Notes under the pieces: model-generated | Database searches by the model: none | What the model saw: the letters and a program-made list of their open reading frames with translations, nothing else | What the model was told of the DNA's origin: nothing | Part shown: piece after piece, positions 16,837-28,500 of the stretch | Position numbering within the stretch: position 1 is the stretch's first letter | Layout: every line of letters starts with the position of its first letter | Made by a program: the position numbers and the translations under genes | DNA from: a virus | Lineage: Duplodnaviria > Caudoviricetes | DNA: 55,828 nt | Virus record (IMG/VR): IMGVR_UViG_3300044998_000776 | Coordinates: 1 to 55,828 of that record | Strand: one strand, 5' to 3'

Positions 16837-17612
16837 TCCTCGCGAGCGACATAATGACAGAGCAGAAAAAGCCTATCAGAAAGATCAGAAGAAGGAAGGA
16901 AGGCGGCGACGGGGAAGGTCGAGAGCTTCGATTGTATTTCAACAGGGATACTCACGCCGCAATCGTCGAGTACCAACAATCAGCCAACCTCGAAAAGAGA
17001 GTTCGAGAACAACTGTATGTTACCCGAATCATGCCGGCTTTCAATAAGCTCGTCGAAAACCTGATAAACATTCACAAGTTTTCCAGCCTTTACGACTCTT
17101 ATGACGATCTAAAAAATGATTGCGTCAACTTTCTCTTCGAAACTATCACCAAGTTCGATCCGACGCGAGGCTCAAACGCCTTCTCGTATTTCAATGTCGT
17201 CGCCAAGAACTGGTTGATCATCAAGACGAAACAGAAAGCCGTCAAAATCAAGAAGAACATCAGTATGGATGATGTCGCCGGTCTTTCCATGAGAGACCAG
17301 GGAACCATCGAAGAATGGAATACAGTCCCCTCTCAGGAATCTATCATAGAGAACAAAAATACGGCTGAGAACATCCTGGATCTTCTCAACGATATCAAGG
17401 ATAAGGCTAAGACAGAAAACGAAAAAGTCTGTATCAATGCTATCATAACAGTCTTTCAGAACATCGATAATATCGATCTTCTGAATAAGAGCGCCGTTTT
17501 GCTCTATATGAGAGAGCTTTCAGGACTCAATCCCAAGCAACTAACGATGACAATGCAGATCATCAAAAATCATTATCGACGCTTGCGTACTGACTCGAAA
17601 TACAAGATCTGA
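16833..17612 (+). CDS. phage sigma factor (T4 gp55-like late sigma); alternative start at 16854
   Basis: LYF, DLKNDCVNFL...KFDPTRGSNAFSYFNVVAKN (sigma region 2-like). Confidence 0.7.
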   Translation: MILASDIMTEQKKPIRKIRRRKEGGDGEGRELRLYFNRDTHAAIVEYQQSANLEKRVREQLYVTRIMPAFNKLVENLINIHKFSSLYDSYDDLKNDCVNFLFETITKFDPTRGSNAFSYFNVVAKNWLIIKTKQKAVKIKKNISMDDVAGLSMRDQGTIEEWNTVPSQESIIENKNTAENILDLLNDIKDKAKTENEKVCINAIITVFQNIDNIDLLNKSAVLLYMRELSGLNPKQLTMTMQIIKNHYRRLRTDSKYKI

Positions 17613-17618
17613 GGAATC

Positions 17619-17999
17619 ATGTCATCAGAAGAGATCGATTTTAATGCTTTGCAGGAAGAAAGCAAGGAGCGCATCAAAGGCAAGTTCGACTCCTTTTCCA
17701 AACTTCTTCAAGATATCGAGACGATAGAAGACAAAAAGAAGAGCCTTTGGAAAGAGATCTATGAGAACGCGGTAACGGATCGGGAAAATTCGTACATCAT
17801 GTTCATGAAACTCTACCAAGTCGTTTCTAATGACGCTGCGGCTCATGCTATTCATGGAACGACGATCGTCAAGTATCTAGAACGCATGAGTCGAGCCAAC
17901 GATCAATTGACGAAATTGGCCGAATTGTTGCAAGCTGCCGATACGAAAAATGGCAAGATCGACGCCGAAGACCTCTTCCGAAAAATAGAAGGGAAATAG
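17619..17999 (+). CDS. hypothetical helical protein
   Basis: 126-aa ORF with a GAGG SD. Confidence 0.7.
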   Translation: MSSEEIDFNALQEESKERIKGKFDSFSKLLQDIETIEDKKKSLWKEIYENAVTDRENSYIMFMKLYQVVSNDAAAHAIHGTTIVKYLERMSRANDQLTKLAELLQAADTKNGKIDAEDLFRKIEGK

Positions 18000-18027
18000 T
18001 CGAGCGGCTTAGATATAAGAGAATCGG

Positions 18028-19425
18028 ATGGATAAGAACGATTACTCTTCTAATAGGCAACATGAGATTGTTGCGCAACCGGGTTCTGAACTTGTCGGAC
18101 AGCAACGACAACTAGAATCTAGCATACCTCATCAGCCACCTTTGCCTGCTTTTCAGCAGGCTGTTGTTAGGGAAGTATTCTACGATCCGATGTTGCTAGA
18201 TAAGGATCGATTGGCCGAGTTGGAATTCCACTCCAACCTCAATCCCAGTCAAAAAACATATCTCGAGAGAATGCCTCGTCATTCCATCATCGCGACGATG
18301 GTCAATGATGGAGCGTCATCCAGCCAAAACGAGATCTTTTTTCCTTTCTTTCCTCCCCACATGATCCTTCCGATCAAAGCGGGAGAAAGGATTTGGGTCT
18401 TTAAAGACAATTCCAAAGCCAATGTTGAATATGGATTTTGGGTCTGTCGTGTCACAGAACCTAGAGATATTGACGATCTTAACCTAACTCATGCTGATAG
18501 AAAATTAGACACAGCTACTCAAAAGGGAGAACCTCCGACATTCGCCAACGGAGCGCTTATCAAAGGTAAAGAGGGTCCCATTGTACAGTCTTCTACCGCG
18601 ACAATTAACGGAAAAGAAGACGAATTTGAACAAATCATACAGGATTCTGATTCCGGGAAACTGGTAGACTTCGAAGAAGTTCCGAGGTTCACGGCTCGAC
18701 CCGGAGACCACGTAATTCAAGGTAGCAATAACACACTAATTGTTTTGGGAACAGATCGAACGGCTGCCGCTGCTGAGACAGAAACTAATCCGGATGCTAA
18801 GACTAGAAAAGGCAAGCGAGCGAAGGGCAAGCCTGATAAGGACGCCAAAAAGAAGGCGGGCACGATTGACATCGTCGTCGGTCGAGGTCAGGAAGCCAGC
18901 AAAAGCAAGCCTAAGAAAATCCAAAATACTCTCAAGAATGACGAAGTAGAAAAGAGAGAAGACAACGATAAAGAGGGAGATCCCGATTTCGAAAATGATT
19001 TGGCACGCATCTACGTGTCAATGAAAACAGCGGCCGACGACAACTTCGCTATCAAAACGAAAGGGCTGGAGGCACCTCTCAAAAAGGGATCAGAAGCTTC
19101 GGCCATCGTCGCCAAAGCCGATCATCTGAGGCTCATCGCTCGCAAAGAAATTCGAATCTTGGTTCAACCCAAATTCAATTCCCCTGAAGATGAATGCGCC
19201 GCCATCGTCATCAAAGAAAGCGGAGATATTATCTTCGTTCCGGCGACCAAGGGAATCGTCAAGCTGGGCGGCGATGATGCCGATAAAGCCATTGTTTGTA
19301 CTAACGCAGGAGCTGTCAACAGCGGAGGCACTGTTACTGCCCCTCCCTTGATCACTACTATGGGAGGAGTGTTTGCTGCGGGCGGAGCTCATGGTATGAT
19401 CGCCGCGAAGGTTATGGTAAAATAG
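18028..19425 (+). CDS. putative baseplate hub/spike-associated protein
   Basis: PFFP..LPIKAGE.IW OB-like segment, GDHVIQGSNNTLIVLG, C-terminal IVKLGG...AAKVMVK; lies before a gp25-like gene. Confidence 0.55.
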   Translation: MDKNDYSSNRQHEIVAQPGSELVGQQRQLESSIPHQPPLPAFQQAVVREVFYDPMLLDKDRLAELEFHSNLNPSQKTYLERMPRHSIIATMVNDGASSSQNEIFFPFFPPHMILPIKAGERIWVFKDNSKANVEYGFWVCRVTEPRDIDDLNLTHADRKLDTATQKGEPPTFANGALIKGKEGPIVQSSTATINGKEDEFEQIIQDSDSGKLVDFEEVPRFTARPGDHVIQGSNNTLIVLGTDRTAAAAETETNPDAKTRKGKRAKGKPDKDAKKKAGTIDIVVGRGQEASKSKPKKIQNTLKNDEVEKREDNDKEGDPDFENDLARIYVSMKTAADDNFAIKTKGLEAPLKKGSEASAIVAKADHLRLIARKEIRILVQPKFNSPEDECAAIVIKESGDIIFVPATKGIVKLGGDDADKAIVCTNAGAVNSGGTVTAPPLITTMGGVFAAGGAHGMIAAKVMVK

Positions 19426-19446
19426 GCCCTGGGCAATATATAAATC

Positions 19447-20028
19447 ATGGCTGCTATCTATTGTTTCATAAATCGAGTCAATCAAAAACGATATATCGGG
19501 CAATCTTTAAATCCCACGAAGCGTATGAAAGAGCATTTAAAAGCTGCTAAAAATGGAAATGCTAAGCCTCTTTATGCCGCTATTCGAAAATACGGAGAAG
19601 AAAATTTCGAATTTGAGATCGTTGAAGAGTGTTTGATCGAGCAATTAAACGATCGTGAACAATATTGGGTTTCTCATTTTGATTCTTTCAACAAAGAAAA
19701 GGGTTACAATCTTACAACTGGTGGAAAACAATGTCAATTCGGTCCAATGACTGATGAACATAAACGAAAAATCGGAGAAGCTAATAAGATCTCTAAACTA
19801 GGAGCTAAACTTTCTGACGAACACAGGCAAAAGATCAGCGAATCTTTACAAGGACACAAAGGTCACTGGCTCGAAAAAGAGATGTCAGAAGAACACAGAG
19901 AAAAGATATCTGCTGGTAACAAGGGAAAGAAAAAATCATTCCGAACCGAAGAGCACAAACGAAAAATTAGTGAAGCCAAGAAAGGTTCGATTCCGTGGAA
20001 TAAGGGACGAAAGAGGGACGATTCGTAA
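19447..20028 (+). CDS. GIY-YIG homing endonuclease with NUMOD3 repeats, intact
   Basis: AIYCFINRVNQKRYIGQS, REQYW, GYN, four (S/T)(D/E)EH(K/R)xKI repeats. Confidence 0.9.
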   Translation: MAAIYCFINRVNQKRYIGQSLNPTKRMKEHLKAAKNGNAKPLYAAIRKYGEENFEFEIVEECLIEQLNDREQYWVSHFDSFNKEKGYNLTTGGKQCQFGPMTDEHKRKIGEANKISKLGAKLSDEHRQKISESLQGHKGHWLEKEMSEEHREKISAGNKGKKKSFRTEEHKRKISEAKKGSIPWNKGRKRDDS

Positions 20029-21005
20029 TGCCTGTCGGTCAGGATAAGATTCTTGGGCCTGCAGGCGCCGGCATGATGGGAGATGATAATAAGCTCACCA
20101 AAAAAGCCAAAGAAAGATTTGTTACCGAAGTCTTGGCCCTGCAGGTAGCCGGCAATGAAAACGGATTGGGAATTTCTAAATTCAATCCTTTGTTGCCTGT
20201 ACCGCTTATTCCTATTCCCGGTCCGCCCATGCCTTCGATCAATGGGCCCTCACCTCTTTTTTGGTTCAAACCTGAGCCCTGGGCTTTGCTGTCGGCCCCC
20301 GCAGTTCTAAATCCGGATGGTGCTTATCAAAAGTTGATCGTTACGGGTTTATACGAGCCGCTATGCAAAATGCTGAACTTGGATGGTAAGACGTCCCTGG
20401 GACCGATCTTTGATCCGACTATCTTTCTAGACCTGACAAAACCAAAATTTCAAGGTCTCAAGATACCCGATTTGCCAGGAATATTGGCTCAGCTTGTCGT
20501 CTTAGGCAATCTGTCCCAAATTTTACCGCTTCCAGGACTCGCTGCTAAGGCTATTTTGCTCAGTGATTTTGGAATTGGCGATCCCAAACTGGTGATCGAT
20601 CTTGTTCCTTTGATTTTGGCCCCTCCCATACCCAAACCGCCGATTCCAGAGATCCCGTTACCTCCCATACCGTCTGTCCCCAATCCAGGATTGCCCAGCT
20701 TTTTTCTTCCCGACCTAGCTTTAGGTCTCTTTAAACTTCCGCTAACAATATTTCCGCAGCTGATCGGTGACATCAGTCTAGACATCGATCCGCTGGCTCT
20801 GATCTTGAAGATCATCAATATCATAGTTGATTTCATTCTATCGCTGCTGAAAGATCTATTTTTGGCTCCACTAACCCTGCTGGCAGCGACTCTGACCATC
20901 ATGATCAAGAATCTAGCGGGCATGATTCTATGCGATCTGATTGGTAGTCTATTGGGCACAGGAGCTCTAGTAAAGATCGTGGCGAGCCTCGTCGGGCTAA
21001 CCTGA
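20028..21005 (+). CDS. Pro/Leu-rich hydrophobic protein in the structural module
   Basis: 325-aa ORF with PPIP repeats and a hydrophobic C-terminus. Confidence 0.65.
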   Translation: MPVGQDKILGPAGAGMMGDDNKLTKKAKERFVTEVLALQVAGNENGLGISKFNPLLPVPLIPIPGPPMPSINGPSPLFWFKPEPWALLSAPAVLNPDGAYQKLIVTGLYEPLCKMLNLDGKTSLGPIFDPTIFLDLTKPKFQGLKIPDLPGILAQLVVLGNLSQILPLPGLAAKAILLSDFGIGDPKLVIDLVPLILAPPIPKPPIPEIPLPPIPSVPNPGLPSFFLPDLALGLFKLPLTIFPQLIGDISLDIDPLALILKIINIIVDFILSLLKDLFLAPLTLLAATLTIMIKNLAGMILCDLIGSLLGTGALVKIVASLVGLT

Positions 21006-21022
21006 AAGAATACGTAATACCC

Positions 21023-21496
21023 ATGGCTCGGTCATTTAAAAGCGTCGGCAAGACATCATCTCAAGTTAGGTCAGAAGAACTGGCTCAGGCTCCTGCCGAG
21101 ATACCTGTTGGTATAGTGACTCCCCTGAGGGTAGGAGAAAGAAGCGAAGGCATTTTCAAAATGCACTTTTCGTTGGCCGACCAGATCGCTGATAATCTGA
21201 GAAATCTCATCTCTACGAATTGGGGGGAAAGATTGGGTCAGTACTTTTTCGGAGCCAATCTGCAGGAGCTGACGACAGAAATAGTATCAAAGGATGATTT
21301 CGAAGAGGAAGCCATGGCTCGTATCAAGGCAGCCGTCGACAGGTGGATGCCATACGTCAACCTCATTGATTTTGATTCGGCTATTGACAATCAATTCAGA
21401 AAATCGACAGGGAAGATACGGTTGACTCTAACTTACACAGTCGCCGGAGTCCAGGATTTGCCACGATCATTACAGGTCGATCTCTTCATCATCTGA
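21023..21496 (+). CDS. baseplate wedge subunit (gp25/GPW-like)
   Basis: QIADNLRNLISTNWGER...FGANL...AVDRWMPYV. Confidence 0.85.
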   Translation: MARSFKSVGKTSSQVRSEELAQAPAEIPVGIVTPLRVGERSEGIFKMHFSLADQIADNLRNLISTNWGERLGQYFFGANLQELTTEIVSKDDFEEEAMARIKAAVDRWMPYVNLIDFDSAIDNQFRKSTGKIRLTLTYTVAGVQDLPRSLQVDLFII

Positions 21497-21551
21497 CGAA
21501 CCCATAAAGAGAGCGGGATATACTTATCTTCGACGTAGATAAGGATAGAGT

Positions 21552-23414
21552 ATGCCCAAGCCCAACGATTCGATCAAGAAGCAGGTCCGGGATAGAAAAT
21601 ATCTCAACAAGACGTTTGACTCTCTTAGACAGGACCTTCTAGAATACGCACGAATCTATTATCCGGATCGGATCCAGGATTTTTCCGATTCGAGCATGGG
21701 CGGACTTTTTCTAGATTTTGCAGCGTATGTCGGTGACGTTACATCGTATTATCTCGATCACCAATTTTCGGAACTAGATCCGACTCAGGCTGTCGAGACA
21801 GCCAATATTCAAAAGCACCTGACGAACTCCGGAGTTGAGATTGTCGGAGCATCTCCGTCTATCGTTCCTGTCGAATTTACGGTAGAAATTCCTGCCGTCC
21901 GGACAGGTAACAGCGACAAACCGAGAGCCGATCTTTTGCCGATCGTCAAGCGAGGCACAGTCGTCGCCGCGGACAATGGTGTGCTTTTCAATCTCCTAGA
22001 AGATATTGACTTTTCCAAGGTCGATAAGTCAGGCAAATACGTCGCTCGCCAAGTCATTGGTCGTTCGACCTCGACGGGCATACCCATCACATTTCTGATG
22101 ACACTGTCGGGTATGTGTTTATCAGGTTTTTACGAGCAAGAGCAATTCAGCATCGGTAACAATTTCATTCCATTTCGACGTATTACGCTCAATAATCCCA
22201 ACGTCACGCAAGTTGTCGGAGTCTACGATTCTAAGGGCAACATTTATTACGAAGTCAAGGACCTGTCAGACGACGTCGTTTTTAGAGGCGTGACAAATCG
22301 CGGAGAGGACGGCGAACTAGTTCAAGAGAATCTAAGCATCCAGCCCGCCCCTTATAGATTTAGAAGAGACGTCGATCTCGGCACTCGCCTGACGACTCTC
22401 ACTTTCGGAGGAGGAACGGCCGAATCTTTAGATGACGATGTCATTCCAGATCCTAGCGAATTTGCTCTGCCACTTTATGGAAAGAATACTTTCCCAATCA
22501 CTTCTTTAGATCCCAACAGATTGTTGCAGACGAAGACGTTGGGAGTCATATCGTCCAACACTACGCTGACTGTGATCTATAGGTGGGGTGGCGGATTGGA
22601 TCACAATGTCGATCCGGGGTCTATTGTCGATGTACAGACCCTGCTCATGGAATTTCCGCAGGCTCCGTCCGCTGCTGATGCCGCTACAATCAGATCGAGC
22701 GTCACGGTGACAAACACCACAAGAGCTTCAGGCGGAGAAGATCCCCCGCTGATTGACGATCTCAAGCAGCTGATTCCCCAGGTCAGAAACTCTCAGTCTC
22801 GCATCGTAACAAAGGAAGATTTGTTGGCCCGCGTTTATACGATGCCGGCTAACTTCGGAAGGGTATTTCGAGCAGCCGTCAGGTCGAACCCCAATAATCC
22901 GTTGGCTAGCCAACTCTTTGTCATTTCGAGAGATTCGAATTCTAATCTGATTCTGAGTCCAGACGCGCTCAAAGATAATCTCAAAACATACCTCAATCAA
23001 TACAGGATGATCTCAGATGCCGTCGACGTGCTAGATGCTCGTGTTATCAACCTCAAAATCGATTTTGAGCTGACGATCGATCCTTCGTACAACAAGCAGC
23101 TCATCTTGCAGAATGTTTTGAAGCTGATGAAGAAGTATTTTGACATAAAAAACTTCCATATCGATCAGCCCATCGTTATTTCTGATGTCGTGACGACGAT
23201 CTACAAAACACCAGGCATCATCTCTGTCAATAACAGACCGAACAATAGCTTGATCAAATTTACGAATTTGACAGGTGCTACAGGTGGTCGAATCTATAGC
23301 GATGTTAACTTCGATGTAACATCAAACATGGTCAAGGGTATGTTGATGCCCCCGCCCGGCGGCATTTTCGAAATTAAATATCCCGAAACAAATATCGTAG
23401 GTACCATCATCTGA
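21552..23414 (+). CDS. baseplate wedge protein (T4 gp6/J-like)
   Basis: KYLNKTFDSLRQDL, DFSDSS.GG..LD.AAYVGD..SYYLD, FGGG, GG.D, QSRIVTKED. Confidence 0.85.
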   Translation: MPKPNDSIKKQVRDRKYLNKTFDSLRQDLLEYARIYYPDRIQDFSDSSMGGLFLDFAAYVGDVTSYYLDHQFSELDPTQAVETANIQKHLTNSGVEIVGASPSIVPVEFTVEIPAVRTGNSDKPRADLLPIVKRGTVVAADNGVLFNLLEDIDFSKVDKSGKYVARQVIGRSTSTGIPITFLMTLSGMCLSGFYEQEQFSIGNNFIPFRRITLNNPNVTQVVGVYDSKGNIYYEVKDLSDDVVFRGVTNRGEDGELVQENLSIQPAPYRFRRDVDLGTRLTTLTFGGGTAESLDDDVIPDPSEFALPLYGKNTFPITSLDPNRLLQTKTLGVISSNTTLTVIYRWGGGLDHNVDPGSIVDVQTLLMEFPQAPSAADAATIRSSVTVTNTTRASGGEDPPLIDDLKQLIPQVRNSQSRIVTKEDLLARVYTMPANFGRVFRAAVRSNPNNPLASQLFVISRDSNSNLILSPDALKDNLKTYLNQYRMISDAVDVLDARVINLKIDFELTIDPSYNKQLILQNVLKLMKKYFDIKNFHIDQPIVISDVVTTIYKTPGIISVNNRPNNSLIKFTNLTGATGGRIYSDVNFDVTSNMVKGMLMPPPGGIFEIKYPETNIVGTII

Positions 23415-23441
23415 TAATTGATCTTAGAGTATATTTTCTTC

Positions 23442-24023
23442 ATGATTAAACGAATCAGACATCCCAAGTCATTCGATATTGACACGATCAAAAATGATCT
23501 GATCGATCTTTATGTCAATAAAGGTTGGCCAATCATCGCTCTGAGCAAAAAATTCCATCTAGGATCTCCAAAAATTCTTGCTGGACTTCAAAGATGGGGA
23601 ATTCAAAAAAGAAGCAGGTCAGATGTTCTGAAGTTTACGTTTGATGAACGAAGAAAGCTACGAGCATGCGCATCTTGTTCCGAACAATTCAGAGGAACAT
23701 ACAATCAAAAATTTTGTCAGAACTGCGTCGGTAATTCATCAAAATCTGGTCTTCTTCGTTTGTCATCGTACGCTATGAACGAAAATCAATTTAGCGAAAT
23801 GTTGAATCAACAGCAAGGAAAATGCTTGCTTTGCCAGCGCGATTTTTCTGAAATCAAACCTCCTAAATCAAAATCATCTTCGATTGTTGTCGATCATGAT
23901 CATAAAACACGAAAAGTGCGTGGACTTTTATGCGGCGGCTGCAACATATCCCTTGGTCACATAGAGAAAAAATCTTCTGAATGGTTACGAAGAGCCATCT
24001 GCTACGCGAAAGTTGAACTGTAA
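23442..24023 (+). CDS. endonuclease VII-family (His-Me) homing endonuclease
   Basis: QQGKCLLC..VVDHDHKTRKVRGLLCGGCNISLG; N-terminal HTH/Zn. Confidence 0.85.
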   Translation: MIKRIRHPKSFDIDTIKNDLIDLYVNKGWPIIALSKKFHLGSPKILAGLQRWGIQKRSRSDVLKFTFDERRKLRACASCSEQFRGTYNQKFCQNCVGNSSKSGLLRLSSYAMNENQFSEMLNQQQGKCLLCQRDFSEIKPPKSKSSSIVVDHDHKTRKVRGLLCGGCNISLGHIEKKSSEWLRRAICYAKVEL

Positions 24024-25540
24024 TGTACCGAACTTTCAGATCCAGCAAGGACACGTATATCACCGATCGAGTCTCTAGAGGACGTCGAAACACGGACGCC
24101 AATGTGGGCCGCGCCGGTACAATGGACATCTATAAGCTCTACGGAGTGACCAAGTCGGGATCGAATCCGAACAACGAACTCACTCGTGGGCTCATCAAAT
24201 TTGACATTCAAGACCTCAAAGACGACTATTCAGCCGGTCTTTTTAGCATCACTTCCCCAAAGTTCAAATGCGTCCTCACTTTGCACGACGTATACGGGGG
24301 CCAGACGACTCCCGATAACTTCGATCTTTGTCTGCTACCGCTGTCAAAATCGTTTGACGAGGGTGTAGGTCGCGATGTCGTCTTCTATCAAGACAAGGAC
24401 ATTTGCAACTTTTTGACGGCGTCGTCGACTTCCGTTTGGACCCTCAGCGGCGCTAATTCCAAAGGAAATCTCGGAGACCCAAGCATCGATGCTATCGTTA
24501 GCGGTAACTTAGGAGCGGGAACTGTAGCGCTCTGGAAGACTCAAAATTTTGTTCGGGGGGACGAGGATCTTGTTATCGACGTCACTCAATACATCTCGGG
24601 AATTCTAGCCGGAGTTTTGCCCGACCACGGGTTTAGGGTCAGCTTTGTCGAGTCTCAAGAAAACGATACTGACACCCGCTTTGTCAAGCGTTTTGCGACT
24701 AAAGAAGCTGCTGATCAGCAGAAGCATCCTAAGCTTGTCGTTCGATATGACGATAGCATACAGTCGAACAATACTGATTTCATCTTCGATTATCCAGGCA
24801 GCGTTTTTTTCTATAACAACGTCCGCGGTACTTTGAGAAACATAGTCTCAGCCAGTTCTGAGATTACAGGATCTAATTCCCTGCTTTTGAAACTTCGAAC
24901 CGAGGTCTCGGGCGGTTGGTACACGTTGACCTACACAGGATCGCAGCATACGTTTGCCGGTCAGAATATCGCTGGTACATACTCGGCATCTTTTACGGTA
25001 CCATCTTCCGACTCAGTGCTGGCTCAGAAAATCGTGCAAAGCGGCTCCGTCGTTTTTGATCTGATCTGGGGATCGTTAGACGGCACCTTGGGCTATTTTA
25101 CTTCGTCGGCCGGTTTTACAGTTCATCCTCCACTTAGAGGCGGAAATGCTCCGGGTCCGTCGAATTACATCGTCTCGGCCTTCAACCTTTCTCAAGAATA
25201 CAAAAAGTCAGATAAAGTTCGCATACGAGTCCACGTCGAAGACGCTAATTCGCCTTACACGAAGTTTGTCAAGAAGTTTTTTGTGACTCCGAGCTTCATC
25301 CCTGAAAAGGCTTATTACGCCATCAGAGACTCTATTTCCAACGAGATCGTCATCGATTATGACGATGTTTATGATTCTACTCGTCTGAGCTCAGACGCAT
25401 CGTCCCTCTGGTTTGATTTTCACATGTCTAATCTCTATGAAGGACATCTATACGAGATTGACATCATGATCGTCGAGAACGGTCTCAAACGACACTATCG
25501 AGGAATCTCCGGAGCATTCAAGATCGAAAGCTCTTCTTAA
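24023..25540 (+). CDS. putative baseplate/tail structural protein
   Basis: 505-aa beta-rich ORF (KDTYI, SGS motifs) in the structural operon. Confidence 0.6.
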   Translation: MYRTFRSSKDTYITDRVSRGRRNTDANVGRAGTMDIYKLYGVTKSGSNPNNELTRGLIKFDIQDLKDDYSAGLFSITSPKFKCVLTLHDVYGGQTTPDNFDLCLLPLSKSFDEGVGRDVVFYQDKDICNFLTASSTSVWTLSGANSKGNLGDPSIDAIVSGNLGAGTVALWKTQNFVRGDEDLVIDVTQYISGILAGVLPDHGFRVSFVESQENDTDTRFVKRFATKEAADQQKHPKLVVRYDDSIQSNNTDFIFDYPGSVFFYNNVRGTLRNIVSASSEITGSNSLLLKLRTEVSGGWYTLTYTGSQHTFAGQNIAGTYSASFTVPSSDSVLAQKIVQSGSVVFDLIWGSLDGTLGYFTSSAGFTVHPPLRGGNAPGPSNYIVSAFNLSQEYKKSDKVRIRVHVEDANSPYTKFVKKFFVTPSFIPEKAYYAIRDSISNEIVIDYDDVYDSTRLSSDASSLWFDFHMSNLYEGHLYEIDIMIVENGLKRHYRGISGAFKIESSS

Positions 25541-25561
25541 GTTGTATTTTAAAGACTAACA

Positions 25562-28500
25562 ATGGCAGATACGCCTTCGAGATTTACTCCGAGCTTCATC
25601 CAAACTATCATCGATGGTGCTAGATCGATCCGTTCGAATCTCGAGCAAACGTCCGATTCCAACTTTGAAAGCACCAGCTCGTTCTTTTACGACGTTCCCG
25701 GAGTCGGACTTAAATCGACCCAGCAGGTCAACCTAGACTGGTCTAAATTCGAAAATCACACGTTCTTCAATTCAGCCGAAGTAAATGTCAACATAGCCTT
25801 TGACAGAATAATCAACGGCTTTCCATTTGATGGTACCAGACGAGAATACGAGAAATTTTTTGAGGGACTATCAGGGTTTGAGAAATGGGTTTTTGACCGC
25901 TTCCCCAAGAACGTCGGATATCTCTTCTTTTCGGGTACAGCCACCGGAGAAAATGGCGCTAATGGCACAAGCATTTCCGTTCGTGACTACGCAGGCGGAG
26001 TTTATCCTGAACTTTCAAAAGTAAAGTCAGGAACGCCCGTCATCGATCCAGGAGATCTTTCCTGGACGGTCGAACTGCAAATCTACGTTCCGCCGCAAGC
26101 GAACGGAAATCAAGTCGTATTTCAGCGAATTTCGGGTACCAACGTTGGTTACACTTACTTCCTAAATTCGACGGGATCTTCGACTGTCACTAATTCGACA
26201 TTTGTCGTGCAGAGTGGCAGCTTCTTCATGTCGGCCTCGGTGCCTCTGACGAAGGGCCGATTCAATCATGTTGCGCTGACGTACGACAAGGATAGCAGAT
26301 TTCATCGACTGCGTACATTCCTCGAATCCGAAGGATCGATGGATTCGACGACTAGCGTCGTCATGGGCCCTTTGACGACAGCAGGCACAAATCTCACGAT
26401 AGGATCAGGGTCGACATTCAACGTCGGCATCGCTTCTATTTCTCCCGATCAGACATTCTCAGGCGCTCTAGATGAGTTTCGATTCTTTCATTCGACTCGT
26501 AGCGAATCTAAACAGGCGGCATATGCTCAAAAATCCATATATGCTAGCGACGATCTGAAGCTTTATTTCAAATTCAACGAGCCTTCCGGTGCCTTGTCGG
26601 ACGATGAATCCGATGCCATCAACAGAATCGTTCTGGATAGCTCGGGCAATTCTCTGCACTCCCACATCGATAATGGGTTTAGCTTCTCTCTAAGATCGAC
26701 CGGGTCGATCCCCAGTCCGATGACGCTCGAAAGATTCGACCTGTCTCCCGTCTTGTTCACTTCTTTTGGGGAGGTTGCGGAGCTCAATATCGATCTATTG
26801 AGAAGTGCGACTCAATACGATGCTGAAAATCCCAACCTGATTACCCGGTTAGTTCCCAAGCATTATCTCGTTGACGGACAGGCCTTCGATGGTTTCGAAA
26901 CTCAACAGGGCCTAATCGGAGAAGAATATCAAAGCAATTCTATTCCCGGCTCGGGCAAGCTGGGCAACGTGCAGCTCATGCTGACGTTCCTTTACATTTG
27001 GGCAAAATTCTTCGACGAACTTAAGATTTTTGTCGATGCTTTTAGCAAGCTTCACTTCGTCGACTATTCGTCAGACGATACCTCTCCCGATCAATTCATC
27101 CCGCAGATGTATAAGTCTTTGGGATTCAATATGCCTCCGTTGTTCCTGGATGCTAGTATCGAACAGTATGTCAATCAGGAAAACGTCGAGTTCAACATTT
27201 CTCGTGGTGCTCATCCGCTCAAATCAGTGCAAAATCAGATTCTTCGAAGGATCCTGGTCTCGATGGGCAGCATCATTCGCTCTAAGGGAACTCAAAGAAG
27301 CATAAAATCCTTCATGAGAGCCGTCGGCATCGACCCCGACAACTCCTTCAGAATCAGAGAATTCGGAGGTCCGACAGCTAGATCTCTGACGTATTCTCGA
27401 GAAGAAAAGATTGAACCCGGAACCTGGCTTAGTGGCACAACGGGTGCTTCGCTCGCTACCGCCTACTTGTCCTCAAGTCGATTGGAACCAGGATTTCCGC
27501 AGATTGCCGGTCAGTTTGTTCAGAATCATCCGACAGCATCTTATCATCCGCACGGCATTTCCAACAACAGAAACGACGGTTTACTCACTTCGGGCTCGTG
27601 GACATTCGAAGCGAACTACAAGTATCCGCTCAGTCTGAAATTGACCGCTAATACGCAAAGCCTGGCCCGAATGGAAGTAACGGGCACCCTTTCTAGTTCG
27701 GGCGGCACGACATTCAACTTGGTCGCGATTAGCGGCTCGGGCATCTTTGAACCCCATTCCGTCGTTCTTTATGGCCGCCCGTCGGCGGGAGCAAATGCTC
27801 CTGTTTTGAAACTAGAAGTCGACGTCGATATCTTTGACGGAGATCGATGGTACATCTCATTCGGTCGTATGCGAGGAGACGAATCTGGGTACTACGCTTC
27901 TTCTTCTTACTTTTTGAGAGCCAGCAAGGACTCTCTAGGAACATGGTATTCTGAAGATACAGCATGGTTCCGAGAAGTCGGAAACGAATCGACGAATGCC
28001 AGCAGTTCTCTCGAGAATCTTGACGCCGCCTTCAACGCTTCGGGATCGTTTATCCGTATCGGCACGGGATCCATGCCGACAGGAGCGGGATCGAGTTACC
28101 TCTATCTCAACAATACGTCAGCTGTCACCGAATCGGCCGCTCATCGTACTGTATTCGAAGGGCAAGTCGCTCAAATCAGATTCTGGTCTAAGGCTCTATC
28201 AAACGCTGAATGGAAAGAGCACACTAAGAATTATAAGTCGCTCGGAGTCGAAGATCCTCTGACGAATTTCAACTTCTCCAACGCTAATTCGGGATCGTTC
28301 GGTAAACTTCGAGCTGATATTTCGATGCGTCAACCGACTAAAACAACCGACCCTGATGGTCGGATCACTTTCTTCGATTTCTCTCAGCATAACTTGCACG
28401 CTGTCGGATCGAATTGGGGAGCTTCTACCAATCCGTTTATCGTCGACATCTTTAGATTCTCCACGTTGTCACCGTATTTTGATGAGGCGTCGACCAACGA